A program made the position numbers and the translations under genes. This document shows positions 53,179 to 64,000 of a DNA stretch of 64,000 bases, piece after piece. Source of the DNA: Scyliorhinus canicula (taxonomy: Eukaryota); the NCBI RefSeq assembly GCF_902713615.1, contig NC_052150.1, positions 188,598,117 through 188,662,116 on the forward strand, given 5' to 3'. The notes beneath the pieces were generated by a model, which was not told where the DNA came from, did no database searches, and saw only the letters and a program-made list of their open reading frames with translations. Numbering within the stretch: the stretch's first letter is position 1; every line of letters starts with the position of its first letter.

Positions 53179-53267
53179 ATAAAAAGTCTTACAACACCAG
53201 GTTAAAGTCCAACATGTTTGTTTCAAACACTAGCTTTTGGAGCACTGCTCCTTCCTCAGGTGAATGG
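53179..53267 (-). mobile_element. 89-bp Penelope-like terminal fragment with minimal hammerhead motif
   Basis: 12-bp TSD ccaccatttaca at 53167-53178 and 53268-53279; cacCTGAGGAaggagcagtgctcc(A)AAAgctagtg. Confidence 0.75.
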
Positions 53268-54185
53268 CCACCATTTACAGGGCACATGTCAGGAGTGTGA
53301 TGGAATACTCTCCATTTGCCTGGATGAGTGAAGCTCCAACAACACTCAGAGAAGTTTAACACCATCAGCAGACCGCTTGATTGGCACCTCTTCCAAAAAC
53401 ATTCGCTCCCTCCGTCACCAACACACAGGTGACAGTGTGTACGGTTTCGAAGATGCAATGTACAAACTCAGCCAGACTCCTTTGCCAGCACTTTGTAAAG
53501 ATATGACCACTACTATCCAGAAGGACAAGGGCTGCAGACACATCGGAACACGATCTGCAAGTTGCACTCCAAACCACACACCACCCTAACTTGGAACTAT
53601 AACACCGTTCTTTCACGGTCAAAATCCTGCAACTCCCTCCTTAACAGTACTGAGTTTACCTATACCACATGAACTGCAGCGGTTCAAGGAGGCAGCTCAT
53701 CACCACCTTCTGTGATGAGCAATAAATGCTGACCAAGCCAGCGACATCCAGATCGCATGAAGGACTAAAAAAAGAAAATTCTAGTCTTAGTTGTATGGCC
53801 ATTTCAGAGCGCAGATAAGAGGCAACCACATTGATGTGGGTCTGGAATCTGATCAGCTACTGGGTAAGGACAACAGAATCCCTTTCCTAAAAAGGACTTT
53901 AGTGAACCTGTTGGATTTTTATGGCAATCTTTTGGTTTCATGGTGTTCATTACCAAAACTAAGATTTTATCACATTTAATTGACTGAACTCAAGTCCTCA
54001 GCTTCTGTGGAGGGATCTGATGTCGCTGTTTCCTGTACTCCATAATTAAACTCACTCAGCCATGGGTGAAGTTGAAGCAGATAGGAATTTTAGCGAATTG
54101 AACATTCAAATATTGCGTAATGGCCATTAAAAGAAACAGAATGAACTATATTGATAAGACAATGCAGTACAAGTAATGGAAGATG

Positions 54186-54394
54186 GTGGCCTAGTGGTTA
54201 GCACAACCGCCTCACGGCGCTGAGGTCCCAGGTTCGAATCCCGGCCCTGGGTCACTGTCTGTGTGGAGTTTGCACATTCTCCCCGTGTCTGCGTGGGTTT
54301 CGCCCCCACAACCCAAAAATGTGCAGAGTAGGTGGATTGGCCACACTAAATTGCCCCTTAATTGGAAAAAATAATTGGGTAATCTAAATTTATA

Positions 54395-54426
<32 letters not shown>

Positions 54427-54437
54427 AAAAAAAAAAA
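54186..54437 (+). mobile_element. Very young V-SINE with about 45-nt poly(A)
   Basis: Perfect 15-bp TSD aagtaatggaagatg at 54171-54185 and 54438-54452. Confidence 0.95.
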
Positions 54438-54479
54438 AAGTAATGGAAGATGTACTGTATCTTCCTGTAATCATCCAAA

Positions 54480-54600
54480 TGTTGGCACCTCTGACAGCAC
54501 AGCATTCCCTCGGTACTGCATGCTCAAGTCTTTGGGTGGGACCTGGACCCACAATCTTCTGACTCTTGAAATTGCTATTAACAGAGTTCACTGACATGGA
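54480..54600 (-). mobile_element. DeuSINE-like remnant
   Basis: cacctctgacagcacagcattccctcggtactgca...ctcaagtc...ggacccacaatcttctgactc resembles the reverse of a Deu domain plus tRNA head. Confidence 0.55.
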
Positions 54601-55549
54601 TAGGAGAAACATGGGATTGAGTCTAGAGAAGCAGCAGCTTTTAAGGGATATCAACAAATTATATTTTTTGGCATTCTTAACATAATAATGTCCAATGGTG
54701 CTTAACAGGAGCATTTTAAAACAAAATATGGCACTGAGATGCACTTTTGAGGAAAGTGAGGTACGAGGGGGGTATTCTTGAGCTTAGGTCCAAAGCAACT
54801 GAAAGCATGGCTACAAACAATGCAGTGCTTAATACAGGGATGTTTGAGACACCAAATTTCAGAGGGGTGCAGATATCTCAAAAAAGCATATGGGACATGG
54901 GGCGATTACCAAAATGAGGAGGAGCAGGGTAGTGAAGGATTCAAAAGAATTTCAAAAATCAAGACGTTTCACAATATGGGTCCGTGAGTGATAGAACAGA
55001 CCTTGCTGTGAGCTATGCTACAGGCAGTTTTGTATAAACTTAAGTTAATGGAGAGTAGAATGTGGGAGATCAGCCAGTGGCGTATTAGAACAGTCAAGTC
55101 CCAAGGTAACAAAGGCATGAATATGCATTTCAGCAGATGAGCAGACAGGAGAAGTCAAGTGAAGGTGGAAGTAGGCCATCTTAGCTGATGACGCAAGTAA
55201 TATGAGGCATCAAGGTTGGGAACACTGGCTTTTTTGAGACTGTTGCCAGAGAATGGGATGGAGTATACAAGATAATATATGATATATTATAGAAGGTAAA
55301 TCTTCAACAGTACTTCAAACTATCCTGGCAGTAGGGTGCGGGAGAGGGCTGCAAATTCAAATAAAGGGCAAATTGTATGCTTACTAGCAGGAAGTTCAAT
55401 GAGAGCAACTTCCATTTATATAGCACCTTTAATGTAGGAAAACGTCGCAGGATGCTTAACAGACACAAGACAAAAATTGAGTGTCAAATGTGACATTATG
55501 TGACAAAATACTTGGTGTTGAAGAGGATTGTCAAGTGGGGTAGAGAGTC

Positions 55550-56770
55550 AAAGCTTCACAGCACAGCAAGAAACCCTAGGCACATCATGTCTGCACCTAT
55601 CTATTCTAATCCTATTTTCCAGCACATGGGCCAGTAACCTTGTACATTATGGCGTTTCAAGTGCTCATCCAAATATTTAAATGTTAGGGTTCCTGCCTCT
55701 ATCACCCTTTCAGATAGTTAGATCCAGATTTGCACCACTGTCTGGGTGACAAGGTTTCTCCTCAAATACCCTCTAAATCTCCTGTCCCTTCCCTTAAAAT
55801 CTCTGCTCCCTGGTTATTGATCCCTCTGCCAAGAGGAAAAGTTCCTTCCTATCTACCCTATATATGTCCCGCATAATTTTGTACGTCTCAATCAGGTCCC
55901 CCTCAGCCTTCTCTGATCCAAGGAAAACAACCCCAGACTAATTAAGTCTCTCTTAGCTGAAACTCTCCAGCCCATGCAACGTCCTGGTGAATCTCCTCTG
56001 CTCCATTTCTAGTGCAATTACATCTGTCCTATAGTGTGGCAATCAGAACTGTACACATACTTTAGCTGTGACCCAATGATCGTTTTATACAGCTCCATCA
56101 TAACCTCCTTGATTTTATAATCTGTGCCTCAGCTAATAAAAGGCAAGTAAGGGCAGCACGGTGGCACAGTGGTTAGCCTTGCTGCCTACGGCGCGGAGGA
56201 CCTGGTTCGAATCCCGGCCTGGGTCACTGTCCGTGAGGAGTTTGCACATTCTCCGTGTCTGCATGGGTTTCACCCCCACAACCCAAAGATGTGCAGAATA
56301 GGTGGATTGGCCACGTTAAAATTGCCCCTCAATTGGAAAAAAAAATTGGGTACTTTAAATTTAAAAAATAAATAGATGGTAAGTATCGCATATGCCTTCA
56401 TAACTACCAAATCTACCGGTCCTGCTGCCTACAGGGATCTTTGGGCATAGACCCAAAGGTCCCTCTGGTCCTCTGTACTTCCTAGCACCCTATCATCCAT
56501 TATGTATTCCCTTGCCTTGTTAGTCCTCCCAAAATGCATAACCTCTCAGCCCATCTGTATCTTCCTGTAATCCAAGGTTCCTCCTCACACATCAATTTTT
56601 GCACCATCTGCGAATTTACTGATTACATCCCACACATTCACACCTAGGGCATCAATCCCTGCAGTACACCACGGGACATAGGCTTCCAGTCACAAAAATA
56701 AACTTTGACCATCACCCTCTGCCTCCTGCCATTAGCCAATTTTGGAACCAATTTGCCAAATTGCTCTGCA
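55550..56770 (-). mobile_element. Old CR1 3' fragment containing a V-SINE (56151-56372, plus)
   Basis: CR1 ORF2 C-terminal nucleotide pattern; SINE gggcagcacggtggcacagtggttagc...ttggaaaa...aaatttaaaaaa. Confidence 0.8.
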
Positions 56771-57609
56771 TCTTGGAGGCAGAGGGGATTAGGGAGGAAA
56801 TTCCAGAGTTCTACATGCAGTGGGCTTTGTACGGATTAGTGGAAGCAAACTATAAAGGAGAATCATAACATTTCTGGATGATTGAGCTACAATGGACTGA
56901 AAGGGCTTGCTCACCTATACTACTTGACCAGTTTGTTAAAATGCCACTATTGCAAATTTAGTACGGGATGTCGTGATTTTGAAGTAAAATTGAGCGCCAC
57001 TAGCAACTGGTCTTCTCAGGACATTTTGAATAGTAAAGATTAAAAATTGCTGTGATCCTTATTCCTGATTACTAATGCGGATGCTGGGTCAGGACAGGCC
57101 ACGGATGGGGTTGGGATCTCCCACGTGTGGGACACGGTAAAGTATCTTCAGGTGCAGTAATGTAGTTTTTGTAAATAGCTCTCTCATGGATGCAATTAAA
57201 TGAACCACCAGCGAGGTCAGAAACACTCTCATCAACTAACAATCTATATTGGTCTGTTTGAAAACAAAAACTACACAAATTTTTACTAAATCCAGAGTTT
57301 GTCTCTTGATTTCTGAGATGATGCATTCCCAATGGCCCATACAAGAATAAAGACTTGGACAAAGTTTGTGGATTGCAAGATCCTCCTTACCAAGATTGTA
57401 TGCAAACAGAAGTAAAGCAAAGCATTCACATGCAAAACATTTGTGGCTAGTGAAATCAAACAATTGTATGCACGAGTATATTTTGCCAAGTAGGCAATAT
57501 TAATTTGAATGCAATATAATATACTGTGCAACTCAAAATTGTTAATACTTTGCAATGGAAAACTTATAAAACAAATTCAAACAATCTATATTTCATTCAC
57601 ATAACTCAC

Positions 57610-57697
57610 CTTTGACAATATTTTTTGCACAGGCATTGTACACTTGTTCTTGTGTTGAATTTGATGGGAAAACATAGTCATACACATAAGACTTGCC
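57610..57697 (-). CDS. KIF5B: KIF5B exon 2 ([29 protein letters not shown]), 88 nt
   Basis: cag|GGC acceptor after a C/T tract, G|gtgagt donor; kinesin-1 N-terminal motor sequence. Confidence 0.93.
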
Positions 57698-58076
57698 CTG
57701 GGGGGGGGGAAAAAAATTGGATTAACACTAAATTTGAAAAATATTTTGCACAGAACTTTTAATTTATATTTATTCCAAATAGCAGTACACTGTATAAAAA
57801 CAGTTTTGAGCCAAAGTATTCATATATAGGTGAAAATTCATTACCAACTGGCTGCAGCTGTTTTGCTCATCAGCATGCTGTTGAAACAAATACTACAGTG
57901 CAGAAAACTAGAAATCAAAAATAGAAATTGGTGGCTTCCAAAGAAAAACATGTGAAGTCTAATGTTCAAAAATAATTATGTATTTCTGGAGACAGACAAC
58001 TGACAGAATAGACTATTGCCACTGAGAGAAAATTGAACCGAATGAATTACATCTCTTGAACAAGGCTATATTAATT

Positions 58077-58247
58077 GGGCCTGGTTGAGCATAGTGGGCT
58101 AAACAGCTGGCTTGTAATGCAGAACAAGGCAGCAACGCGGGTTCAATTCCCGTACTGGCCTCCCCAAACAGGCGTCAGAGTGTGGCGACTAGGGGCTTTT
58201 CACAGTAACTTCATTGAAGCCTATTTGTCACAATAAGTGATTATTAT
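58077..58247 (+). mobile_element. Short tRNA SINE (no V domain) with third tail type
   Basis: tRNA-like head with gggttcaattccc B box; tail caggcgtcagagtgtggcgactaggggcttttcacagtaacttcattgaagcct. Confidence 0.8.
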
Positions 58248-58609
58248 ACACCACATAATCAACATAGTACCTAAATGGCTAATTTTTACCGTCTCCTCCT
58301 TCTTGCTACTCTGATAAAGTTAAATGAAGGGTAACCCAAAAGCATTAAGTGTTCAAGATATCCCCAAATCTACAACTGGATGACAAAGGTTTAAAATTAA
58401 AAGAGGGAAGGAAAGGAACTTAGATTTGCTTACGTCAAGGATGGTGAACAGGCGATTGTTCAGAGGGATGGCGGTGTGGAAATATGGGAAAATTAGACTT
58501 GAGGAAATAGTGATTGAGGGGATGCAGGTTAGCTCTGTTGGCAAGAGCTTTGTGCAGAGAAACACCAACAGCACAGGTTTGATCCCTATACTGGCAGAGG
58601 TAGAGGCAT

Positions 58610-60200
58610 AGAATCATACAGCACAGGAAAGACCCTTTGGCCCATCACAATTGCGCCAGTCAAAAACAACCACCTAACTATTCTAATCCCATTTTCCAGC
58701 ACTTGGCCCATACATAACCTTGTACGCCCTGGGATCACAAGTGCACATCTAAATATTTATGTTACGAGTGTCTCTGCCTCCACCATCCTTTAGGGCAGCG
58801 AATTCCAAACCGCCACCATCCGGTGTAAAATTGTTTTCCTCACATGCCCTCTAAACCTCCTGCCCCTTACCGTAAATCTATGACCCCGGCCATTGATTCA
58901 TTTGCAAAGGGGAAACGTTTGTTCCCGTCTACATTATGCCTCAATTTTATACATCTCAATTATGTCCCCCCCCCTTAATCTCCTCTGCTCCAAGGAAAAT
59001 AAAGGCAGTTCCTGGGTCTGCCTCCTTGCCCCCTGGTGATCAATAACTCTCCGTCTACAAGGATGTTCATAGAATCATAGAATTTACAGTGCAGGAGGCC
59101 ATTCGGTCAATCGAGTCTGCACCAACCCTTGGAAATAGCACCCCACTTAAGTCCACACTTCCAACCTATCCCTGTTACCCAGTACCCCCATCTAACTTTT
59201 TTGGACACCAAGGGCAATTTAGCATAGCCAATTCCCTAACCTGCAAATCTTTGGACCGTGGGAGGAAACCGGAGCACCTGGACGAAAACCCATGCAGACA
59301 CAGGGAGAAAGTGCAGACTCCGCATGACAGTAACCAAAGCCAGGAATCGAACCTGGGACCCTGAAGCTGTGAAGCAACTGTGCTGCCGTTGTATGAAGAG
59401 AGACAGAGGGATGAAGAGAGGCAGAGGGAAGGAGAAATCAATTGAGTCACAAGAGTCAAGCAGGCTTACATTAACACTGCAACAAAGTTGCGAAAAGCTC
59501 CTAGTCGCCACATTCCGGCGCCCGTTCGGGTACACAGAGGGAGAATTCAGAATGTCCAAATTGCCTAACAACACATCTTTCGGGGTTTGTGGGAGGAAAC
59601 TGGAGCACCCGGAGGAAACCCACGCAGACACAGGGAGAACGTGCAGACTCCGCATGACAGTGACCTAAGCGGGAATCAAACCCCAAGTCCCTGGCGCTGT
59701 GAAGCAACAATGATAACCATTGTGCAATGCCACACTGGGCTAAATCGCTGGCTTTGAAAGCAGACCAAGCAGGCCAGCAGCGCAGTTCGATTCCCGTAAC
59801 AGCCTCCCCGAACAGGCGCCGGAATGTGGTCACTAGGGGCTTTTCACAGTAACTTCACTGAAGTCTACTCGTGACAATAAGCGATTTTCATTTCACTTGC
59901 CTGCATTTAGCCCATTTCCCTCTATGCCCACCCTGCCCATGAACAAACTGCTTTTTATTTTTTTATGATAAATTTAGAGTACCCAATTATATATTTTTTA
60001 CAATTAAGGGGCAATTTAGCATGGCCAATCCACCTACCCTAATTCCATTCTCCTCCCATCTCCGAAAATTTCCATCCCACTTCCCTGGCTCAAATCTATG
60101 GTTCACCCAAATCGGCCTTTCCCTCGACCCTGCCCCCAACCCGAAGTGATGTTGAAACTGCCCCCAAATTCTCAACGAAGCTATTACTACCGGACTAATC
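58610..60200. mobile_element. Dense cluster: CR1 3' end (-), HE1 SINE 59067-59390 (-), third-tail V-SINE 59447-59730 (-), short SINE 59732-59895 (+), poly(A) V-SINE piece 59955-60040 (-), L1 piece 60040-60200 (-)
   Basis: Each matches families described elsewhere in the window. Confidence 0.8.
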
Positions 60201-61084
60201 ACAGATTATTTTGACCATTTGTAGAATAGGCGAGTTATAGTATACACTAAAAATAACAGGCAATGACTTCAACAACCCCAACCTCTCAGTCTTGCATCAA
60301 ATACCACAAATGAGTGTGTGGCCATAGGTGCCAAGGCCACCCAATGGTAGATTTAAGATTGTTGATTCATCTCTGCACTGTCCTGAGATGGTGCTTGGTA
60401 TTCAGAAAGGAAGAGATTTAAAAATAAATATGACCTGTACTAAAATGAAATCAGAAAACACAGATGAAATATACAGGTCCGTCAGCATCTATGAAAAAAA
60501 CCAAGGTTTCAGGTACACACCTTAAACCTTCCCTTTTTCAGAAGCTGACAAGTTTTTATGTACTTTAAAATGTATTAAAATCCCTTTAAACTATGTACCT
60601 CGCCTGCTGTTTCTGCTAAAGCCCTATTTCTTCAACCAACCCTCGAGTCACCTTTGATTTCTTCTCTAAAGGTTTAGCATCCATTCTACATGGAATGCGT
60701 CTTGGGAATTTTTCAACATTAAAGGCTACATAAAATCATGTGTACAAGGTGTTGTGCTTTGGTCTTCTGCATATACATTTAGATATTGGAGTGTATCCAT
60801 CCGTAGTATTTTCGTTTAAAACAAAATCAAGTTTGGGTTTCACTGTTTTGGAGCCAACCCAGCATTCCATTCTTAGTACAGTAATCTGAACAACTCCGCT
60901 TTCCCCATGAGCTGAATGGAACACAAAAGTCCAGACAAGATCTCAAGTCAAATTAAAATTATAAATTTGTTACTTCTCTACTCCCTCCCAAACTAAATGA
61001 TCACAATAGGTTACTGTTTCACAGACAGCAACCGTCTCATGCTCATCAGGAAGCTATCTTTTATCTAAATCAAAGGCAGCCAGT

Positions 61085-61499
61085 CCTTGAAGGTCACGCA
61101 ACTTTGGAGGGACGTGACAGTTGATCTCAACCGTTCTTACGAGAGTCAGAAGCAAATACTTGTAGAGCCATCAGAAGCAAAAAAATCTAGGCTATTTTTC
61201 CATCCTTATTCCACACTACGCAGTGTTCTACTAGCATAGACAGGTTTAGTATGGATTTGTATAAAGAATACAATATGCGCTGCATTCACTTGCTGAGTTT
61301 GGTGTAGCCACAATGAAAATCAGACTGAATATTCAGAAATTCCACTGAAAACATAATTTCCACGAGTGTTGGACAGGAGAATTGATTCACAGAAATAAAC
61401 TATCGAAACAATATGGCTCTACAAGTATTTGCTTCTGACTCGCGTAAGAACGGTCGAGATCAACTGTCATGTCCCTCCAAAGTTGCGTGACCTTCCAGG
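61085..61499. repeat. 87-bp inverted repeat (4 mismatches) around a 241-bp spacer; MITE-like
   Basis: 61085-61171 is the reverse complement of 61413-61499. Confidence 0.9.
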
Positions 61500-62929
61500 T
61501 ACTTAAATCAATCATTCAGAAAGGCATGAGAATGATAATTGTTGAACAACTTTGGGTGCATGTAATAACTTGGAATGAAAAGGGTAAATAAGTTTTTTTA
61601 AATGCCCTTGATGTAGGTGCTGAGATTGGGAGTATTCAAAAGGTTCTGAATCCCTGGACATCAACAGCAGATTCCCAAGGATGAATAGTTATCAGAAATA
61701 GAAAGAATGTAGAGGATGATAAGGAAGCTAGCATTTACTGGGCCAAGTGTAATGATGTCAATGTTATTATATCAGTAGAGTGCCATTTAATTCACAAGAT
61801 TACATTTATCTACACAAAAGGTAAAGTACATATAACGTTTGGGAAATGAACACAATTGCAACCAATAAGAAACATTGCTGACATGCAGCTGGGATAGCAA
61901 AATGCTATAAAGGACCACCAAAATGGGGAGTCATAGTAAATCCTCTGCAGGAGAGAGAAACAATGCCAGACCAGTTTTCCATGAAGGAAAAAGTATCACT
62001 GTATTTGCTTGTCTAAATTGGTCTTTAATATCCCATTCTGAAATAAAAAGAGATCAATATCCTGTTAAAGCGGTGATCCGTGCTGCTACTTGTTGGTACG
62101 CCCACAGAACATCACAAATAAACATTTAAAAATTGATGTAAATACACATTCATATGGAATTACATTTGACAGACTGAAACACAAAATATACCGGATGCAC
62201 TCAATGTACCTGGCTAACAATACCTTGGCTTTGATTTGCATAAGTAAAATTTGAAAAATGTACTCTGCTCCAGATGGTTAGGCTATTGCCAAGCTAATGA
62301 GCTGAAAACCATTAACATAAACAATGCAACTTCTGAGCCCCATGTGGAAAGCACTCGTCCATAAGAAAACTGAGAATGGTTGGGTCAAGACGTGTGTTTT
62401 TTAAAAAAAAAGATGGGTGATGACCACAGATCTAAAAGGAGACACAGTACCTGAAGAGAAGGAACTGTTAACAATATCAGCTACATGAGTCCGGGAAGGG
62501 ATGTTAGGTGGTCAGCAGTTTAGTGGAAATAACGTTGAGGGACCAAGAGGTGACTCTCCAGCGAAACAATGATAATGGTAATGGTAAGTGACCTAAGCTG
62601 GTGTAGGTATTGAAGAGTCCATTACTCGTTGCCCAGAGTGCGATTGTGGACTGCTATCTTGGCAACAGAGTGGTTGGACGATTAGCCCAGCAACACATCT
62701 ATTACACAATGTGTAGACAGCCACACCTGCACTTTGCGTAATTAAATATGCACCGTGGCAGGTAAGCTTTAATGGTTGAGAATGAGTCACTACCTGTGGG
62801 ACAGGTTTCCGTCAGTGGCAGGGAGTCAACTTGTTTTGATGATTCCTTCGTGGGATGAGGGCGTGGTTGGAAAGGCCAGCATTTGTTTCCTATCCCTGAT
62901 TGTCCGAGGTGGCAAGGTGCCCTGAAATA

Positions 62930-64000
62930 CTGGATGCATCATCTTCTAAAATTCTGTAAACTCTGGAGCAGCTCCTCAGATTCAAGGGTGGCAAATGTAT
63001 CCCCACTATTTAAAAAAAGGGAGGCAGAGAAAAAGGGGAGAACTTCAGACCAATTAGCCTGACATCAGTAGTGGGGAAGATGCTAGAGTCTATTATGGAA
63101 GATGTGATAACAAAACATTTGGAAAGCATTAACAGGACTGGACAAAGCCAGCATGGGTTTGTGCAAGGTAAATCATGCTTAACAAATCTAATGGAATTGT
63201 TTTGAGGATGCAACTAGTAAAATAGATACGGGGGAACTTTAGGAAGGCTTTTGCTAAGGTCCCTCAAGCAGTTAGTGGGGAAAATTAAAGCGCGTGAAAT
63301 ACAGGTAATGCATTGGCATGGAACGAGTGGGAACAAATGGGTCTTTTTTCGAGTAGCATGCAAGTGACTAGTGGGATAGAGCGAGAGAGCGAAGAGAAGA
63401 ATATGAAAAGTGATAGGTAGATAAATAAAAGGGCCTGTAATGACACTGTAAAAAAAATAGTAGTGACAGGACAAAGAAAATTAAAAGGTTTTGTGCTTGT
63501 ACGCTTGGAATATTCGAAATAAAGTGGAAGAGCCAGTTGTTTCAATGGGACTTTGTGGGAGAAAACCAGAGCACCTGGAGAAAACCCACGCATACACGGG
63601 GAGAATGTGCAGACTCCGCACAGTGACCCAAGCTGGGAGTCGAACCAGGATCCCTGGCGTTGTGAAGCAACATGCTAACCACTGTGCTACCATGCCGCCC
63701 CAGATGCATGTGATAAAGGAACATCTATAATTATGGGTGATTTTAATATGCATATGGATTGGGCGAGTCTAATTAGTCACAATACAATAGAGGAGGAATT
63801 TCTGGAGCTTATACAGGATTGTTTTCTGGACCAATACATTGGAGGAACCAAGGGAACAGGCCATCTTGGGCTGGGTGTTGTGAAACGAGAAAGGATTAGT
63901 TGGCAATCTAGTTGAGAGAGAGCCCTTGGGGATGAGTGACCATAATATGATAGCATTCTTTATCAAGGTGGTTAGTGAGGTATTTGAGTCAGAGATCAGG
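62930..64000 (+). mobile_element. CR1 RT and EN fragments with V-SINE 63545-63700 (-)
   Basis: NFRPISLTSVVGKMLE, QHGFVQGKSCLTNL; IMGDFNMH. Confidence 0.8.

Larger units (their letters stand above)
51830..53770 (+). mobile_element. Second-family CR1/L2-group LINE 3' portion with four nested insertions
   Basis: FINDL..IRRSEVRMFTDCTM (RT), MEYSP, tail aataaatgctgaccaagccagcgacatcc. Confidence 0.72.

Noticed and set aside
57075-57240. GC-richer patch with cccacgtgtggg near-palindrome/E-box in intron 2
   Set aside because: A single motif without conservation data cannot support an enhancer call.
58077-58160. tRNA-like sequences here and in SINE heads as real tRNA genes
   Set aside because: No complete cloverleaf; each continues into a SINE body and tail.
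57700-64000. Search for KIF5B exon 1 (..CNIKVMCRFRP..) and promoter CpG island
   Set aside because: No such coding sequence or CpG island seen; exon 1 must lie beyond the window end.

Overview
Eukaryotic (vertebrate) genomic DNA, most likely a cartilaginous fish such as a catshark; this is inferred from HE1/V-SINE-type SINEs with CR1-type tails and the overall repeat complement. The only host gene is a kinesin-1 heavy chain, best matching KIF5B, on the minus strand. Fourteen GT-AG exons (exons 2-15, 1578 nt = 526 codons, in frame) span 57697 to 2958; exon 1 and exons 16+ lie outside the window. Most of the intronic DNA is retroelement: one full-length TSD-flanked but frameshifted L1-clade element, several deleted or nested L1s, an ORF1-only HAL1-like element, a near-full CR1 with SGNH-esterase ORF1 and tandem 5' monomers, many CR1 3' ends, Rex1/Babar, a second CR1/L2-group LINE, Penelope-like ends and >20 tRNA-derived SINEs. 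Most interesting observations: (1) a modular SINE set in which one V-SINE head carries three different tails, one with poly(A) and 15-18 bp L1-type TSDs, suggesting LINE-partner switching; (2) an unexplained 87-bp near-perfect CpG-rich inverted repeat in intron 1; (3) minimal hammerhead-ribozyme motifs in Penelope-like remnants; (4) an ORF1-only L1 derivative nested in an L1. No prokaryotic or CRISPR system is present. Family names are by recognition only; no database searches were run, and repeat boundaries without TSDs are approximate.
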